In this document: positions 38,478 to 51,766 of the stretch, one piece after another
How the letters are laid out: each line of letters opens with the position of its first letter
Position numbering within the stretch: position 1 is the stretch's first letter
DNA from: Octopus sinensis
Lineage: Eukaryota
Assembly: GCF_006345805.1 (NCBI RefSeq)
Contig: NC_043014.1
Span: 22,072,001 to 22,136,000 of the forward strand
Reading direction: 5' to 3'
DNA length: 64,000 bases
The notes under the pieces: generated by a model
Databases searched by the model: none
What the model was told of the DNA's origin: nothing
Seen by the model: only the letters and a program-made list of their open reading frames with translations
Program-made: the position numbers and the translations under genes

Positions 38478-38706
38478 AATTAATCCCTCGACTATCGCGG
38501 GCGTTACATTCCAAAATCCCCGCGATTTTGTGTATATTTTATTATTATTTTATTATTAGTATTTTATTATATATTTTATCATTATTATTTTTATAATTTG
38601 TATATATTTATTTTATTATAAATGCAAAACAACACCACGGAGGAATCGATGTAGGCTTAAATAATAATACGCGATAGGTGAACCGCGATATAGCGAGGGA
38701 TTACTG
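38478..38706. mobile_element. Tigger/pogo-type MITE
   Basis: TIRs TAATCCCTCGACTATCGCGG and CCGCGATATAGCGAGGGATTACTG around an AT-rich core. Confidence 0.7.
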
Positions 38707-38889
38707 TGTCACACTTCTCTCGATAAAGGCATTCAAGCATATTATTGACGATCAGAGTTTTCCTTTTATGCATAATGATGTCTATATCGTTGTCACTTAT
38801 GTTGTTATAAATATTAGCGAATCGTAGGGCACAGATGATCAGAGATTATTTCGTATGGTTGTTACTTTCTTCAACTTGCTATTAATATT

Positions 38890-39255
38890 GGTTTCCAAAT
38901 TTGGTACAAGGCCAGTAATCTCGAGGAAGGGTTAAGTCGATTACATCAATCCCAGTGCTCAACTGGTACTTATTTTATCGACCCAAAAGGATAAAAGGCA
39001 AAGTCGACCTAGGTGGAATTTGAGCTCAGAACGTAAAGATGGACGAAATGCCGCTATGCGTATGGCTCAGCATGCTAACGATTCTTTTCTATTATAGGCA
39101 CAAGGCTTGAAATTTAGTGGGAGAGGGATAGCCGATGACCCCGAAAGGATGAAAGGCAAAGTCGACCTCGGCGGAATTTGAACTCAGAACGCAGCGACGG
39201 GCGAACTACCGCTATGCATTTTGCCCAGCTAACGATTCTGCTAGCTCGCCGCCTT
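38890..39255 (-). mobile_element. Two adjacent SINE family B copies
   Basis: Core AAAGGATGAAAGGCAAAGTCGACCT occurs at about 38985 (one mismatch) and about 39145. Confidence 0.8.
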
Positions 39256-39446
39256 ACTTGCTATTAATATTCGTAGGATTTTGTTTACACATTAATAATC
39301 CGATCTTGGCTTTAGCGGCAATAATTAATCTGCATTTAGGATGGAGGCAAAATTCACCTTATGATCATTGATTGTGATGTACTCATCGCGTTTAGCTAAA
39401 CATTCTAATCCATTGTCTAATTTAAGTTAATGACCGATATATATAT

Positions 39447-39490
<44 letters not shown>

Positions 39491-39696
39491 CTTCACTATT
39501 TCAATCCCGGTATGCAATAGCGGAAACTCTGAACATCATTGAAAATTATAAATCTCTGAATGAAACATTATTATTTTATTATCTGATAATTACACGGTAC
39601 TCCTGGATATGAAACTTCGAGTTACGATATACAACCACTGAAGACTTTATAATTAAGAAATATATGCATACATACATACATACATACATACATACA

Positions 39697-39772
<76 letters not shown>

Positions 39773-39807
39773 ATATATATATATATATCTATATATATAT
39801 ATTATAT

Positions 39808-39883
<76 letters not shown>

Positions 39884-40013
39884 TGTATGTATATATTAAT
39901 GATAAGTAACGGGGACGTAACAAACCAAAACGGTTGGAAAGCGATGGTGGGGGATAAATACATACACAGAGACTCATGCAGATGGATCTATCTATTTATA
40001 ATACATACATACA

Positions 40014-40069
<56 letters not shown>

Positions 40070-40079
<10 letters not shown>

Positions 40080-40205
40080 GAGGGCATTATACATACATGC
40101 CAGAAGGCATTATACATACATGCCAAACGCTTCTACCAAATGGTAGAAATGACTAATTGTCCCTCTTAGCGTTTGGCATGTATGTATAATGCCCTCTATA
40201 TATAA
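40070..40205. repeat. Inverted repeat next to (TA)n
   Basis: TTATATATAGAGGGCATTATACATACATGCC...AAACGCT pairs with AGCGTTTGGCATGTATGTATAATGCCCTCTATATATAA. Confidence 0.85.
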
Positions 40206-40323
40206 ATTAATATGTTCAATAAGAAATAATTATTTTCGAAATTTTTTCTCTTATGAGGTTTTTACGCTATCTACCTGACAATTTCTTGTTAAGTTTTCCT
40301 TATTAAGTAGTTGTCCTTAATTG

Positions 40324-40414
<91 letters not shown>

Positions 40415-40416
<2 letters not shown>

Positions 40417-40720
40417 CAATGGCCCAGTGGTTAGAGCAGCGGACTCGCAGTTGGGGGATCGCGATTTCGATTCACAGACCTGGCGTTGTGAGTGTTCATT
40501 GAGCGAAAACACCTAAAGCTCCACGACGCTCCGGTGGGGGAGGAGAATCCTGCTCTACACTTTCACCAAAACTTTCTCTCACGCTTATTCTCCCCGAAAA
40601 CTACGCTAAGGGTACACGTATCTGCGGAGTACTCAGCCACTTGCACGTTAAGTTCACGAGCAAGCTGTTCCGTTGATCGGATCAACTGGAACCCTCGACC
40701 CCGTAACCGACGGAGTGCCA
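40415..40720 (+). mobile_element. tRNA-derived SINE family D
   Basis: Head TGGCCCAGTGGTTAGAGCAGCGGACTCGC...GAGCGAAAACACCTAAAGCTCCACG shared with 6292; different 3' half. Confidence 0.75.
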
Positions 40721-41824
40721 CGATATATATAGGAAAATAGAAAATGGAGACGAACGCTCAAGGTGTTATTAAATCATCTATATCTTCATATCTCCTACAC
40801 ATGTTTCGATAGAAGCATCCAAACTACGTTTGAAATTATGAAAATAACGGTCAGCTATGCATCAATCTCTTCAGGGAGAATAACAGTACTCATCAAATAG
40901 ACATTTTAACAGATATATGAAACCCCAGACATATCTTAGATGCATACATCAAAACATGTGTAGGAGATATGGAGATATAAATGATTTAATAACATCTTGC
41001 TTGTTTCCGGATTCAAATCCCACACAAGTGTGTCCATTGTTTCCTAGGACACTTAAGCAACATTTAGCTCCCTTTGAATTATTCCCTCGGATCGGTTGTT
41101 GCTATATTATCTTTTAAACAGTTTTAATTTAGCTTTAAGCGTAGCAAAGTTTTTAAATAATAGTTAATTACAAGTACACTTTTATTAGTACCTTTTTTTA
41201 TAAATTTATTGCTTTTAATAGTTAGTGGTAAGTTTACCTTATAGCTTATAAGGGTAATATATATTAAGAGTATGTGGTGTTTTTATTATTAACTTTTGAA
41301 TTATGAAATAATGTATTTCACTCATAATTATTATATTATTCATTAAATTCAATGGTGTTTTTGTTTTGAAGAGAATTGAAATAAAGCTTTCACTTTCTGT
41401 TATTATAGTAATAACTACGGAAGACTGGTGTGATTATTATTTGTATGCACTTAAAGATTGGTCGCTATTTAGTACATAATTGAGTTATTGTAGGTTTACA
41501 ATTAATACCGATACAGATGTACATAGATTTATGTGTTTCTTGTTGTAGTTTAATCTTAAAGTTAGTGTTTAATCCTGCCTATATTTGATTGAATACTGTT
41601 GTTCATAGGGTAAATGTGTTTGAAAGTCGTGTGTTTTGCTCTTTTGGTATGTTTGTTTCCAAACAGCACCTCTTTTAGTGCTGTTGACACCGCCGGATAG
41701 AATAATGGTACTGCCCAGGTGTCGAAACCATAATGATATCCGTGAGGTAGCTGATGATGGAGGTATGGTGGATTGTTGGTAGGGCTGTTTGTGTGTATGT
41801 GGAATAGTGTTATAACACATCTTT

Positions 41825-41874
<50 letters not shown>

Positions 41875-41944
41875 AAGATATATATATATTATATATATAT
41901 ATATATGTATATATTATTTATAGTATATTATATATATATGCATA

Positions 41945-42110
41945 GATATATGGGTACAGGAGGTCACAAACTGTGTAAACAACATGGAGTACGAAAACAA
42001 GCGAGTTAAACAGCAAACAACGAAAGAAAAAATGGAAAACAGGACAAGTAAACACAACGACCAAACAACCCTTCATCAGTTGTCTATCTATTCCTCAATT
42101 CGAGCAGTGA
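41945..42110. repeat. Interspersed repeat, second copy at 44225-44400
   Basis: Shared AACTGTGTAAACAACATG.AGTACGAA...AAAATGGAA.ACA.GACAAGTAAACAC. Confidence 0.7.
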
Positions 42111-42605
42111 ACGATAATATGAGTCTTCAAAGATAGTTGTTACCATAAATCTAAAATAAAATTTGGGATTTATAGAGGGTCAAAATTGGAAACAAAAACA
42201 GGACAGCGGAGACATACAAGGAAACAGAACGAAAACAAACATGGAGGGTCGTTAGACCAGAACGAGAGGAAAATAGTGAACGCAGGGAAACATTTTCTTT
42301 GAAAAGATAAAAGATAGAATAGAGAGAAAGAAAACGCCTAATCCTCAGAACGTCGTACAGGAAAAGAGAGATCGTCACGTGAGGAAAAGAAAGATGGGCG
42401 ATGGTCACGTGTGAGCAACGAGAGAGACAGAGAGGGGGAAAAGAGAAAGAGGGGAGAGAGAAAGACTGATAGAAAATGGTGAAGGGAAGTAAAAAGGAAT
42501 TAGAGAAGGATGGGGGGCGAAAGCAGTGTAGAGTAGAGTCACATCAAAAAGGTTAAAATAAACTTACTTGGAAATAGATGCGTGGCGTTCATTAAATTAT
42601 ATATA

Positions 42606-42651
<46 letters not shown>

Positions 42652-42655
<4 letters not shown>

Positions 42656-43130
42656 GAAATATTAAAATAACTAAGTCTCTCTAAAAAAGAGAACAGCGGC
42701 AGCGTTCCGGAAAATAATAGTTTGCGCCATACTAATATGGCATTTTTAATAATGCCATATTAGTATGGCGATAACTATTATTTTCCGGGAACGCTGCCGC
42801 TGTTCTCTTTTAGAGAGACTTAGTTATTTTAATATTTCTATTATTGAAAACAAGTGGATGTATTCGTTTCCCCGAAACTAGGTAAATAAAACCATCGAAC
42901 AGAGATTGTCGGAAGCGACACCTACTGGCTGGCTACGCTGCATTGAAAAGGGGCAATACTCCGAAACGCGTCTGTAGCTGCCGGTCAAGTAGTGTGGAGC
43001 GACTGACCTCCCTTGTTCGAAGGTTATATGGAAACAGTTTGTGTATCAAATAGCTAACTTAAGCGATGGCCTCATGAGCTAATAAGCGGACAGTTTTTTT
43101 TATAAGAATGCCATATTAGTATGGCGATAA

Positions 43131-43133
<3 letters not shown>
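42652..43133 (+). mobile_element. 356-bp terminally redundant unit with degenerate hammerhead and fold-back arm
   Basis: 27-bp direct repeat at 42751 and 43107; 42652-42744 is the reverse complement of 42751-42843; (TA)n on both sides. Confidence 0.7.
42937..42978 (+). ncRNA. Degenerate type I hammerhead
   Basis: GCUGCA-UUGAAAA-GGGG(CAAUA)CUCC-GAAAC-GC-GUC-UGUAGC; stems intact, core C3U and G8A. Confidence 0.55.
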
Positions 43134-43206
<73 letters not shown>

Positions 43207-43332
43207 ACAAAACAAATTGAGGAACGGCTATAATAGGCCGTTCGACCCACTAGAAATAGCAACCAGGGCTAACCGCAAATAGTAGTCATTCCGAATCAGA
43301 GGAAAAATTAAAAAAACATTTACCCTGTTCTT

Positions 43333-43442
43333 CTTTAGACAATGCATTGTTTCAGCGTTTTTTGATGGCAAACCAGCCTGATTAAATTAAATTAAACTCA
43401 ATCAAGTCAATCTTCCAAAGGCCAACGCGTTCATCAGTAAAG
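43333..43442 (-). ncRNA. Type I hammerhead ribozyme, canonical core
   Basis: CUUUA-CUGAUGA-stem II (GCGUU/AACGC, long insert)-GAAAC-AAUGCAUU-GUC-UAAAG. Confidence 0.8.
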
Positions 43443-43821
43443 GAGCCAGAAAGGGACAGAAATTACACGAGGCAGCTACCTTCATGCCTCGGCAATATCT
43501 GACCTAAAATTTTCAAAATCATCGTACTCGCACCAACTTATCGGCAGCAAATATAAACTGCCGATTCAATTTCGGAATTAATCAGAAAATTATCAATTCA
43601 ATCATATTAGGGTAGCAAAAAATTCAATAGAAATTATTTTGCCACCAGCGGTCCAGTGAGAAAAAGGAAATAGTCAAGACTATTAATAAATTCAACAACA
43701 ATTGAGGAACGGCTATAATAGGCCGTTCGACCCACTAGAAATAGCAACCAGGGCTAACCGCAAATAGTAGTAATTCCGGAATCAGAGGAAAAATTAAAAA
43801 AACATTTAACCCTGTTCGTCT

Positions 43822-43933
43822 CTTTAACAATGCATTGTTTCAGTCAGCGTTTTTTTTATGGCAAACCACCTGATTAAATTAAATTAAACTCAATCAAGTC
43901 AATCTTCCAAGGCCAACGCGTTCATCAGTAAAG
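43822..43933 (-). ncRNA. Second hammerhead copy, damaged
   Basis: Same fold, but the cleavage-site C is missing and CTGA is duplicated before GAAAC. Confidence 0.55.
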
Positions 43934-44444
43934 GAGCCAGAAGAACAGGGTAAATGTTTTTTTAATTTTTCCTCTGATTCCGGAATGACTACTATTTGCG
44001 GTTAGCCCTGGTTGTTATTTCTAGTGGGTCGAACGGCCTATTATAGCCGTTCCTCAATTTGTTGTTGAATTTATTAATAGTCTCTGGACTATTCCTTTTT
44101 CTCACTGACCGCTGGTGGCAAAATAATTCTATTGATTTTTTGCTACCCTAATATTGATTAATTGATATATATTATATATTATATATATATATATATATAT
44201 AATATATATATATTAATATATCATATGCATATATGGGCAGAGGACATCACCAACTGTGTGTAAACAACATGTAGTACGAACAAAACGAGTAAGTACGCAA
44301 ACAACGAGAGAAAAATGGAAGACAAGACAAGTAAACACAGAGAACGACCTCTCATTAGTAGTCGGCTGTCTATCTACTCCTTATTTCGAGCATTCAACAG
44401 ATATATATATGGATATATACATATATGGATATATACATATATGG

Positions 44445-44475
<31 letters not shown>

Positions 44476-44842
44476 TGTATGTATGTATGCATGCATATAT
44501 GTATGTATGAATGTATGTATGTGTGTGTGTATGTATGGTGTGCTGAGAGGATCAAAATAAGGCTATGGGCATTCACTGCGGGATTTTTATCTCAGAGAAA
44601 AACTTATCTCTGTAGAGACTTTGTTTTTAAAAAACACACCGAGTCAAGCGCCAAGTAAAGTTAGCAGATGACCAGAAACAATGTTTCAGCTGAATTTCAT
44701 CTCTTTAGTAAGCGGTACAGCCATGGTCATTTGGATTTAAAACGGAACTTATCTAATTATGTATACAGAAAACAGCAAACAATACATTTACTGGTGTGTT
44801 GAAGCTTGCCAAACATGAATTACTTTAGTGTGAGTACGTGTA

Positions 44843-44918
<76 letters not shown>

Positions 44919-45639
44919 TTCAAAAAGCTGAAGATCTTTAGAGGAAGGGCCAGACGTAGTGGCTGGTTTAGGGCCAGGCAAAAGCACATAATGCAGATGA
45001 CAAGTAGCGGTAGCATGTGACCAGCATTCTTCGACCGGCAAGGCTATCTCTATTAGCTATCTAAAAGGCAGAGAAAGCAGACAGTTCGTCTTTGAACCAC
45101 TGGTTTTGGCGTGTTTGTGACTGATTTCATGCCACTTAGGGGATTGGTTTTTATTTGAATGCGGTCTTCTGCACCTGAACTGGTTGCAATCTGGTTGCAA
45201 TCTAGAAAACCTTATGCCATATCTGCACTCGCTCCATAAAAAGACACCACGAAAACATCCTCCAACGACACAATCGCTGCATGTTTCAAGAAAACATCAC
45301 ACCTACTAAACACACCTACTAGATCATGCAACAAGAGTCCTCAGGATTCCTTCAATTTTTAGTCTTCTCAATCACAGAGGATGGATCTAGCCTCGTGTGT
45401 GCTCATCCTAAACATTCCAAAAACTCTATTTCAAAATTTGGCCATTTTCTACAGAGCCACACAATACTTTGACCCCAACAACTTGTAACACAAAGTTCAA
45501 GAGAGGGTTCAACTCCTTATGTATGGGAGTATGTGTGTATACATGCATGCACAAACAAATACAGATACATATATTCATACATACATACATACAAACATAC
45601 ATACATACATACATACATACATACATACATACATCATAC

Positions 45640-45739
<100 letters not shown>

Positions 45740-45834
45740 GAGAAGCACATTCATACATATAGCTGTATTTGTATGTATATGCACGTATGAGTGTGTGTGT
45801 GTATGTATGTGTGTGTATGTGTGTGTGTGTGTGT

Positions 45835-46130
45835 GCAGCCGCGTGACCTATTTGTTTGGGTTTTTCATCCGCGATCAAAGGTTAATGAGTTCGATTGCGG
45901 ACCGAGCGACGCGTTGTATTCTTGAGTAAATCACTTCATTTCGCATTGCTCCAGTCCAGTCATCTGTAAATGGGTGATAACTCCGCGACAGGCTAGCCTT
46001 CCCATCGATGGAAATGTTGGCCTTCTCGCCTAACCAGCGGAGGGCGCATCATTCGAAAGCCGAAGCTATGCAAAGCGCATTGTGACCAGCAATATATAAC
46101 AGCACCCGATAGTCTGGTCCATGATATGAT
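45835..46130 (+). mobile_element. tRNA-derived SINE family E, diverged
   Basis: B-box-like GAGTTCGATTG, CORE-like TTGAGTAAATCACTTCATTTC, V-like segment (domain names from recall). Confidence 0.5.
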
Positions 46131-46135
46131 TTCAG

Positions 46136-46198
<63 letters not shown>

Positions 46199-46678
46199 TA
46201 CACACACACACAAACACACATACTCACTCACTCTCTCTCTCTCTCTCACACACGCACACAGTATGTATATCACTTGGAGTAGTGTAACACATGCTAGTCA
46301 CAATCGATGGAGTGTGACGTATATACCTGACCTCCTGTAGTCGTGTAACACGCTAGTCACACACCTGTGGTAGTCCATCTCACGTATACCAACTAAATAC
46401 ATATTTACTCAATGAATTAAGATTAACCAAGTCTAGATCTTCAATAATCTCTTGCATTCATTGATCTCTGACACATTTCGGTTGATCGGATTTAAGTTAA
46501 TCTGTGCAGCATTGATTCATATAATCTCTTTTCGTGACCATTCAGTGAATGAGTTGACAAAACCGAACCAGTCAACATAGGTTCTAACTGATTGTTATAA
46601 CAGCCAAATACCTTTCCAAATAACACCCTACCGTTAATTAAATGTAAGGCGACGTTAGATTACTTCTGGTTACAGTAT

Positions 46679-46745
<67 letters not shown>

Positions 46746-47944
46746 AGAGAGAGATTCGATGGTCATAATTAAATTTATGATCATGTGTTTGTATGATCAA
46801 AATTGATCTGGGACCGAGTAACATCAATACCATAAACAACAACAACGACAGCAACAACAACAACAACAATGACAGCAACACCGTAGGCTGGAACTATGTA
46901 TACAAGTATATGTGAAGTTGCATTAAGTGAAAATCGAAACGCGATATATATTCATCTCAGCACTGATGTGCTCACACAGTTTCTTACGTGCTTTCAGTTC
47001 TCCCCTGCTACTACAAAACTTTTATTTCCATTTTGTTTTGAGGAAATGGTAGGTCTATACGAAAAATATAAAACACTGGAGAAGGCTGCGATTTTTCATA
47101 AGCAAAACTTTTATTCTCTCGTACACACACACACGCACACACATTGGCTCGGAAACGAAATTAGTTTCGCGGGTGTAAACCTAGATCCAAATTTTTTGAA
47201 AACAAGTTGCTTTTTTTTATTCATTTTTGTTCCTTGTTCTCCAAAGAAGAAACTTACTTCAAGCTATTTTTTACAGATCAATTTTTACACAGTTTTCTAA
47301 ACTTGAGAAACTCAAGTAGAAGGTTCAAATTTTGATTTTGCACTTCCAAACAATTTTGGGCGGTGCACTTGCACTCCCTGCACCCCCTGTTCTCGAGCAC
47401 ATGTGCGCGCTCACACACATACGCACAAAGCCACAGGAAATACTGTCTGTACTACGAACGACAAAATGTCGAGAGTTTTGAATGTTATTATTCTTGATAT
47501 AGTTGTTGCAGCAGATAAAATGTGGTTAGTTGCTTGCCGTGCTACTGACTTCTAATGTCTTCCGTCCTCCGACTCTTCATCACCTTTTAGTTGTCAGCTG
47601 CTGTCCGCTGTCTCTGTTGACTATATCCTTCAGTATCTGTCAATGTTCACTCTGCTACATCACAAAAGCTCTCTCTCAGGTAGTCACGGCGTATCGAATT
47701 TATACTGATGGATAAGCTCAGAAAGAATCCCACCAAAATATAAGATAGTCGCTGGAACCTATTCCACGCGATGTCGTGATTAGTTAGGTTTTGTTGATCA
47801 CGTGGGTAGTACTCTAGCAAATCGCGACATCGGGTGATTGCTGAATATTCCCGCTAAAGACCCATTGTGTGCGCGCACGCGCGTATGTGTTGGTCTACTT
47901 GTTTTCAAAGAAACGCGAGATAGATTCTTTAAGCCATGTCAACC

Positions 47945-48125
47945 TAGCGGGTAGACTAAGAATGAAATGGTTAGATAAAATACATAATCTCAGTTGGTTA
48001 CGCTTAGGAGTCAAGCTGCAAAGTCTTATGATGGTTCCTTCTGATAGGACCTTATGGAGGAGATGCCTGAGGATGCGACCCCTACAGTCCGACCACAGGA
48101 ATGGTGAGCAGAGAAGATGGATGGC
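47945..48125 (+). mobile_element. RTE-like LINE 3' end
   Basis: GRLRMKWLDKI...DRTLWRRCLR is typical of RTE ORF C-termini. Confidence 0.45.
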
Positions 48126-48157
48126 TACATACATACATACATACATACATACATACA

Positions 48158-48640
48158 ATGTTATCCTCAAGAAAGATTTTCCTGACATCATATACATCAA
48201 AGGCATATCAGAAGCAGTAAGTATTCACACCTTTAAAAATAAGGAATACTGATGGCACACTCTAATAAAAACAGCTGTTCGTGGGAAACATAACAGACCT
48301 GATATTGTTCTGTAGGACAGGGAACAAAAGTTAGGAACTGTTGAAGAGGTCAGCTGCCCAGCGCATGTGAATGTACAGTTCAAATTTCAAGGAAAAGAAA
48401 ATATTTATGGTGAATTAATGCAAAACTTGCAGCTCTTGTGCCCTGACTATGAATTCTCATTTGTTCCTGCCATCATAGGTGCATTTGGTTGTGTACCAAT
48501 AAATTGGCACAAAATCCTAGAAATACTCGGTTTCAAGAGCAAAAGAAACTGACGCGGATTCACGAGATCCAATATATTAGTGGCACAGTGAAGATTTGTA
48601 AGACATTCCAAAGATTCTCCATCTGAGGTTCTTTATGTGA
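48158..48640 (+). mobile_element. RLE-type non-LTR retrotransposon 3' fragment
   Basis: KHNRPDIVL*DREQK...EEVSCP...KENIYGEL...FVPAIIGAFG. Confidence 0.7.
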
Positions 48641-50124
48641 ATAGATGCATAAACTTGGGTGTGTGGATCGATAGATCAACCAACGCAAAAACTCAGCCAC
48701 ATATTTAGAATCGCCGGTAACGTTTTTAACTCAAAGAGTCTTGCCACATTGCTACCGACCGACACACAAATACATACATACATGCATACACACACAGGTG
48801 ACAAAAATACATACTTACACACATACACTCAAATACGTACATACACATACACACAAATACATACATACATACATACATGCATACATACATACATAATACA
48901 TACCTACATGCATACATACATACATACATGCATACATACATACATAATACATACCTACATGCATACACGTATATACCATACATACATACATACATACATA
49001 CATACATACATACATACATACATACATACATACAGTGAACTCTGCTCTGTTTCGTTGATCTCTCTTCGGTTATCTATTTGACCCTTTCTCATGAAAACAT
49101 CGGAAACAGACGATGAAAATTAAACTAGACAGCACAACAGGTAAAGCTCTGAGCTTTGTCGTGTGAACTGGGCCACACTAACTCACTCACCTGAATGAAC
49201 ATACAGAGGAATTATATAATGTTAATCCAACACAACTAAGTTTAAAACTAGCCAAGACAACTGAAATGCAAGCGCAATCAATGGATGTAGCAGAATATTT
49301 TTATATTTATTTTGGAGAGAGTGAAGATGGTGGGATGGAAGAGTTGGTAGAGTGACAAATAGTATGTCTTGCAGAGTTTGGTAAAATGACGAAGTCAGTA
49401 GAGTAGAGGTCAAAATATAATATACCCTGCAGTGAATGTACGAATTTATTGCAAATTCCACCAGCATTAACATTACCTCTCATCGTTTTGGAATCAATAG
49501 AAATATAATCGATTTCTTCGACTATTCTACCGCCTGCTTCACCCCTCCTTGTATTTGTGTTCTGTGCTACTGTTAGAAACCATTATTAAGGCAGTGGTGT
49601 TGTGGATTTACTTGTGCCAAACAAAATGTTTTGGGATGTGATTATATACAAGTTCTAATCCCGGTGATATTGCTTTAGCATTTTTTCTTGAAGGCATTAT
49701 TATTCAAGCTAAAGGAGAGACGTCTACGATGTAATGGAAATAGCAGCCAAATCTCCCTCAAACTACACTCTACCATCTTAGAAACGTGTTCGACGGAATA
49801 AATAATGCACACCTATATACACTTTTATTAAAGTAAAAAAAAAAAGTAAAGTAGGACCCGAGGAGAATAAAGATATTCTATTTCGTCCAATAGTAAGTAA
49901 AAGAGAGCTCAACATAGAATACAATATTTTGCTGTAAGGAAGAAGGGAAGCCTAATGTATCGGTAGATCCCTGCGGGAGAAACTTTATTAAAATTATTTC
50001 TGTTGCATATATATATATATATATATATATGTATGCATTATGTATATGTATGTATGTATGCATAAATATATATCTGTGTGTGTGTGTGCTTGTGTGTGTG
50101 TGTTTGGCCCTCACCACGGATAAC

Positions 50125-50290
50125 AACCGGTGTTGGTGCACTTACGTCCACATAAATTAGCGATTCGGCAAAAGGGAATGATAAAACAAGTAACGGGTTT
50201 TAAAAATTCTGTGGTTGATTCGGTCTACTATAATTCTTCAAGGCAGTACCCCAGTATGGCTTCCGTCTAATAACTGGAACAATCAAAAGA
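50125..50290 (+). mobile_element. SINE family A, diverged 3' portion
   Basis: ACCGGTGTTGGTG...CGATTCGGCAAAAG...GGCAGTACCCCAGTATGGC. Confidence 0.6.
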
Positions 50291-50788
50291 TCAAAAATAA
50301 ACGATATAATTATTAATTCATAAAAAAAGTTCAGTAAAATTGCTGTGAAAATTATATTAATGAAAACCTGAGAGTTTTAGTATTTCTCCACGGTTGTTAA
50401 TCGTCAGTCCCAATTATGAGTGGAGAGAAGAGTTTGTGTGTTTTACAACGAATGTCTTCTCTGGCATGTTTAATTATATTTCGTGCAAGAAGGCAATATC
50501 CACTCGGAGTCTCAGTAGTGTTGGTCAGAAAGAATAGACGAAAGGAATGATTTCATCATTGATACACGGTGCAAAGGCGCTCAAAGAGTTACTAATACAC
50601 TATCAGCTTTTTATGTTTTACATGTGTGTGTGTTTGTATGTGTGTGTGCGTGCGTGTGCATGTATGCAGGCATGCATGTCTATGCACATACATATATGTA
50701 TATGTATATACAGATGCATTGATATATACCTGGACTTATGATTCTGTATGCATGTATATGTTTATGCGTGTTTATATATATGTATATG

Positions 50789-50877
<89 letters not shown>

Positions 50878-50884
50878 TCTTTGC

Positions 50885-51075
50885 TCTTTTACTTGTTTCA
50901 GTCATTTAACTGCGGCCATGCTGGAGCAGAACCTTTAGTCGAGCATATCGACCCCACGACTTATTTTTTGTACGCCTAGTACTTATTCTATCGGCCTTTT
51001 TCGCCGAACCACTAAGTTACGGGGACGTAAACACACCAACATCGGTTGTCAAGTGATGTTGGGGGGGGGACAAAC
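50885..51075 (-). mobile_element. SINE family A, 3' portion
   Basis: Reverse complement of the body and tail. Confidence 0.8.
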
Positions 51076-51189
51076 ACAGACACACAAACGTATACACACC
51101 CCTATATATATACATATATACATGTGCATATGCACATATGCATATATATGCATGTAAATGCATATACACTCAATATATATGTGCAGTAC

Positions 51190-51264
<75 letters not shown>

Positions 51265-51709
51265 CATTTATATATATACCCATTTATATAACGGACTCTA
51301 CCGTCGAAAACGACGCATAGGTGTTCAGCGAGAATATAGAAAAACGAATACCAGATAGACAATGAACAACACACTCACATTACTATTACTACTATTCACC
51401 AATGTTTGCAATTCATTCCCTTCACCTGGTGACACCTCATGTCAGTCCTCAGGTCACCAAAAGCAATATGAATATGAGCATGAGCACGTGATCAAGCTGA
51501 GAAATCACAATGTGTACAATAGTGGCTTGCAGGAAAACTTGTTCTGCTCGTTTTCTTTTTCTATTTTTCTGTAACTGTTCTTCATGAAAAACCCTTTGAG
51601 TTTTGAAATTTTTAAGTTAGAAAAAGCATACTCTCCTCTAGCCTGTACGGTTTCTCGCAAGATTCTGAAAGTTTCTTTCAAGCATTACAAATTATCTTAC
51701 ACACACGCG

Positions 51710-51766
<57 letters not shown>

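Larger units (their letters stand above)
43206..44165 (-). mobile_element. 485-bp tandem hammerhead unit (1.5 copies) plus inverted arm; retrozyme-like
   Basis: ATTGAGGAACGGC at 43216 and 43701; 43939-44165 is an inverted partial copy; (TA)n on both sides; no ORF. Confidence 0.8.

Noticed and set aside
41110-41560. Very AT-rich stretch resembling a mitochondrial insertion
   Set aside because: No recognisable mitochondrial protein, rRNA or tRNA motif by eye; a BLASTN against mitogenomes would settle it.
46896-47300. 134-aa ORF in non-microsatellite sequence
   Set aside because: No recognisable motif, AT-rich composition, includes a CA repeat; consistent with chance.
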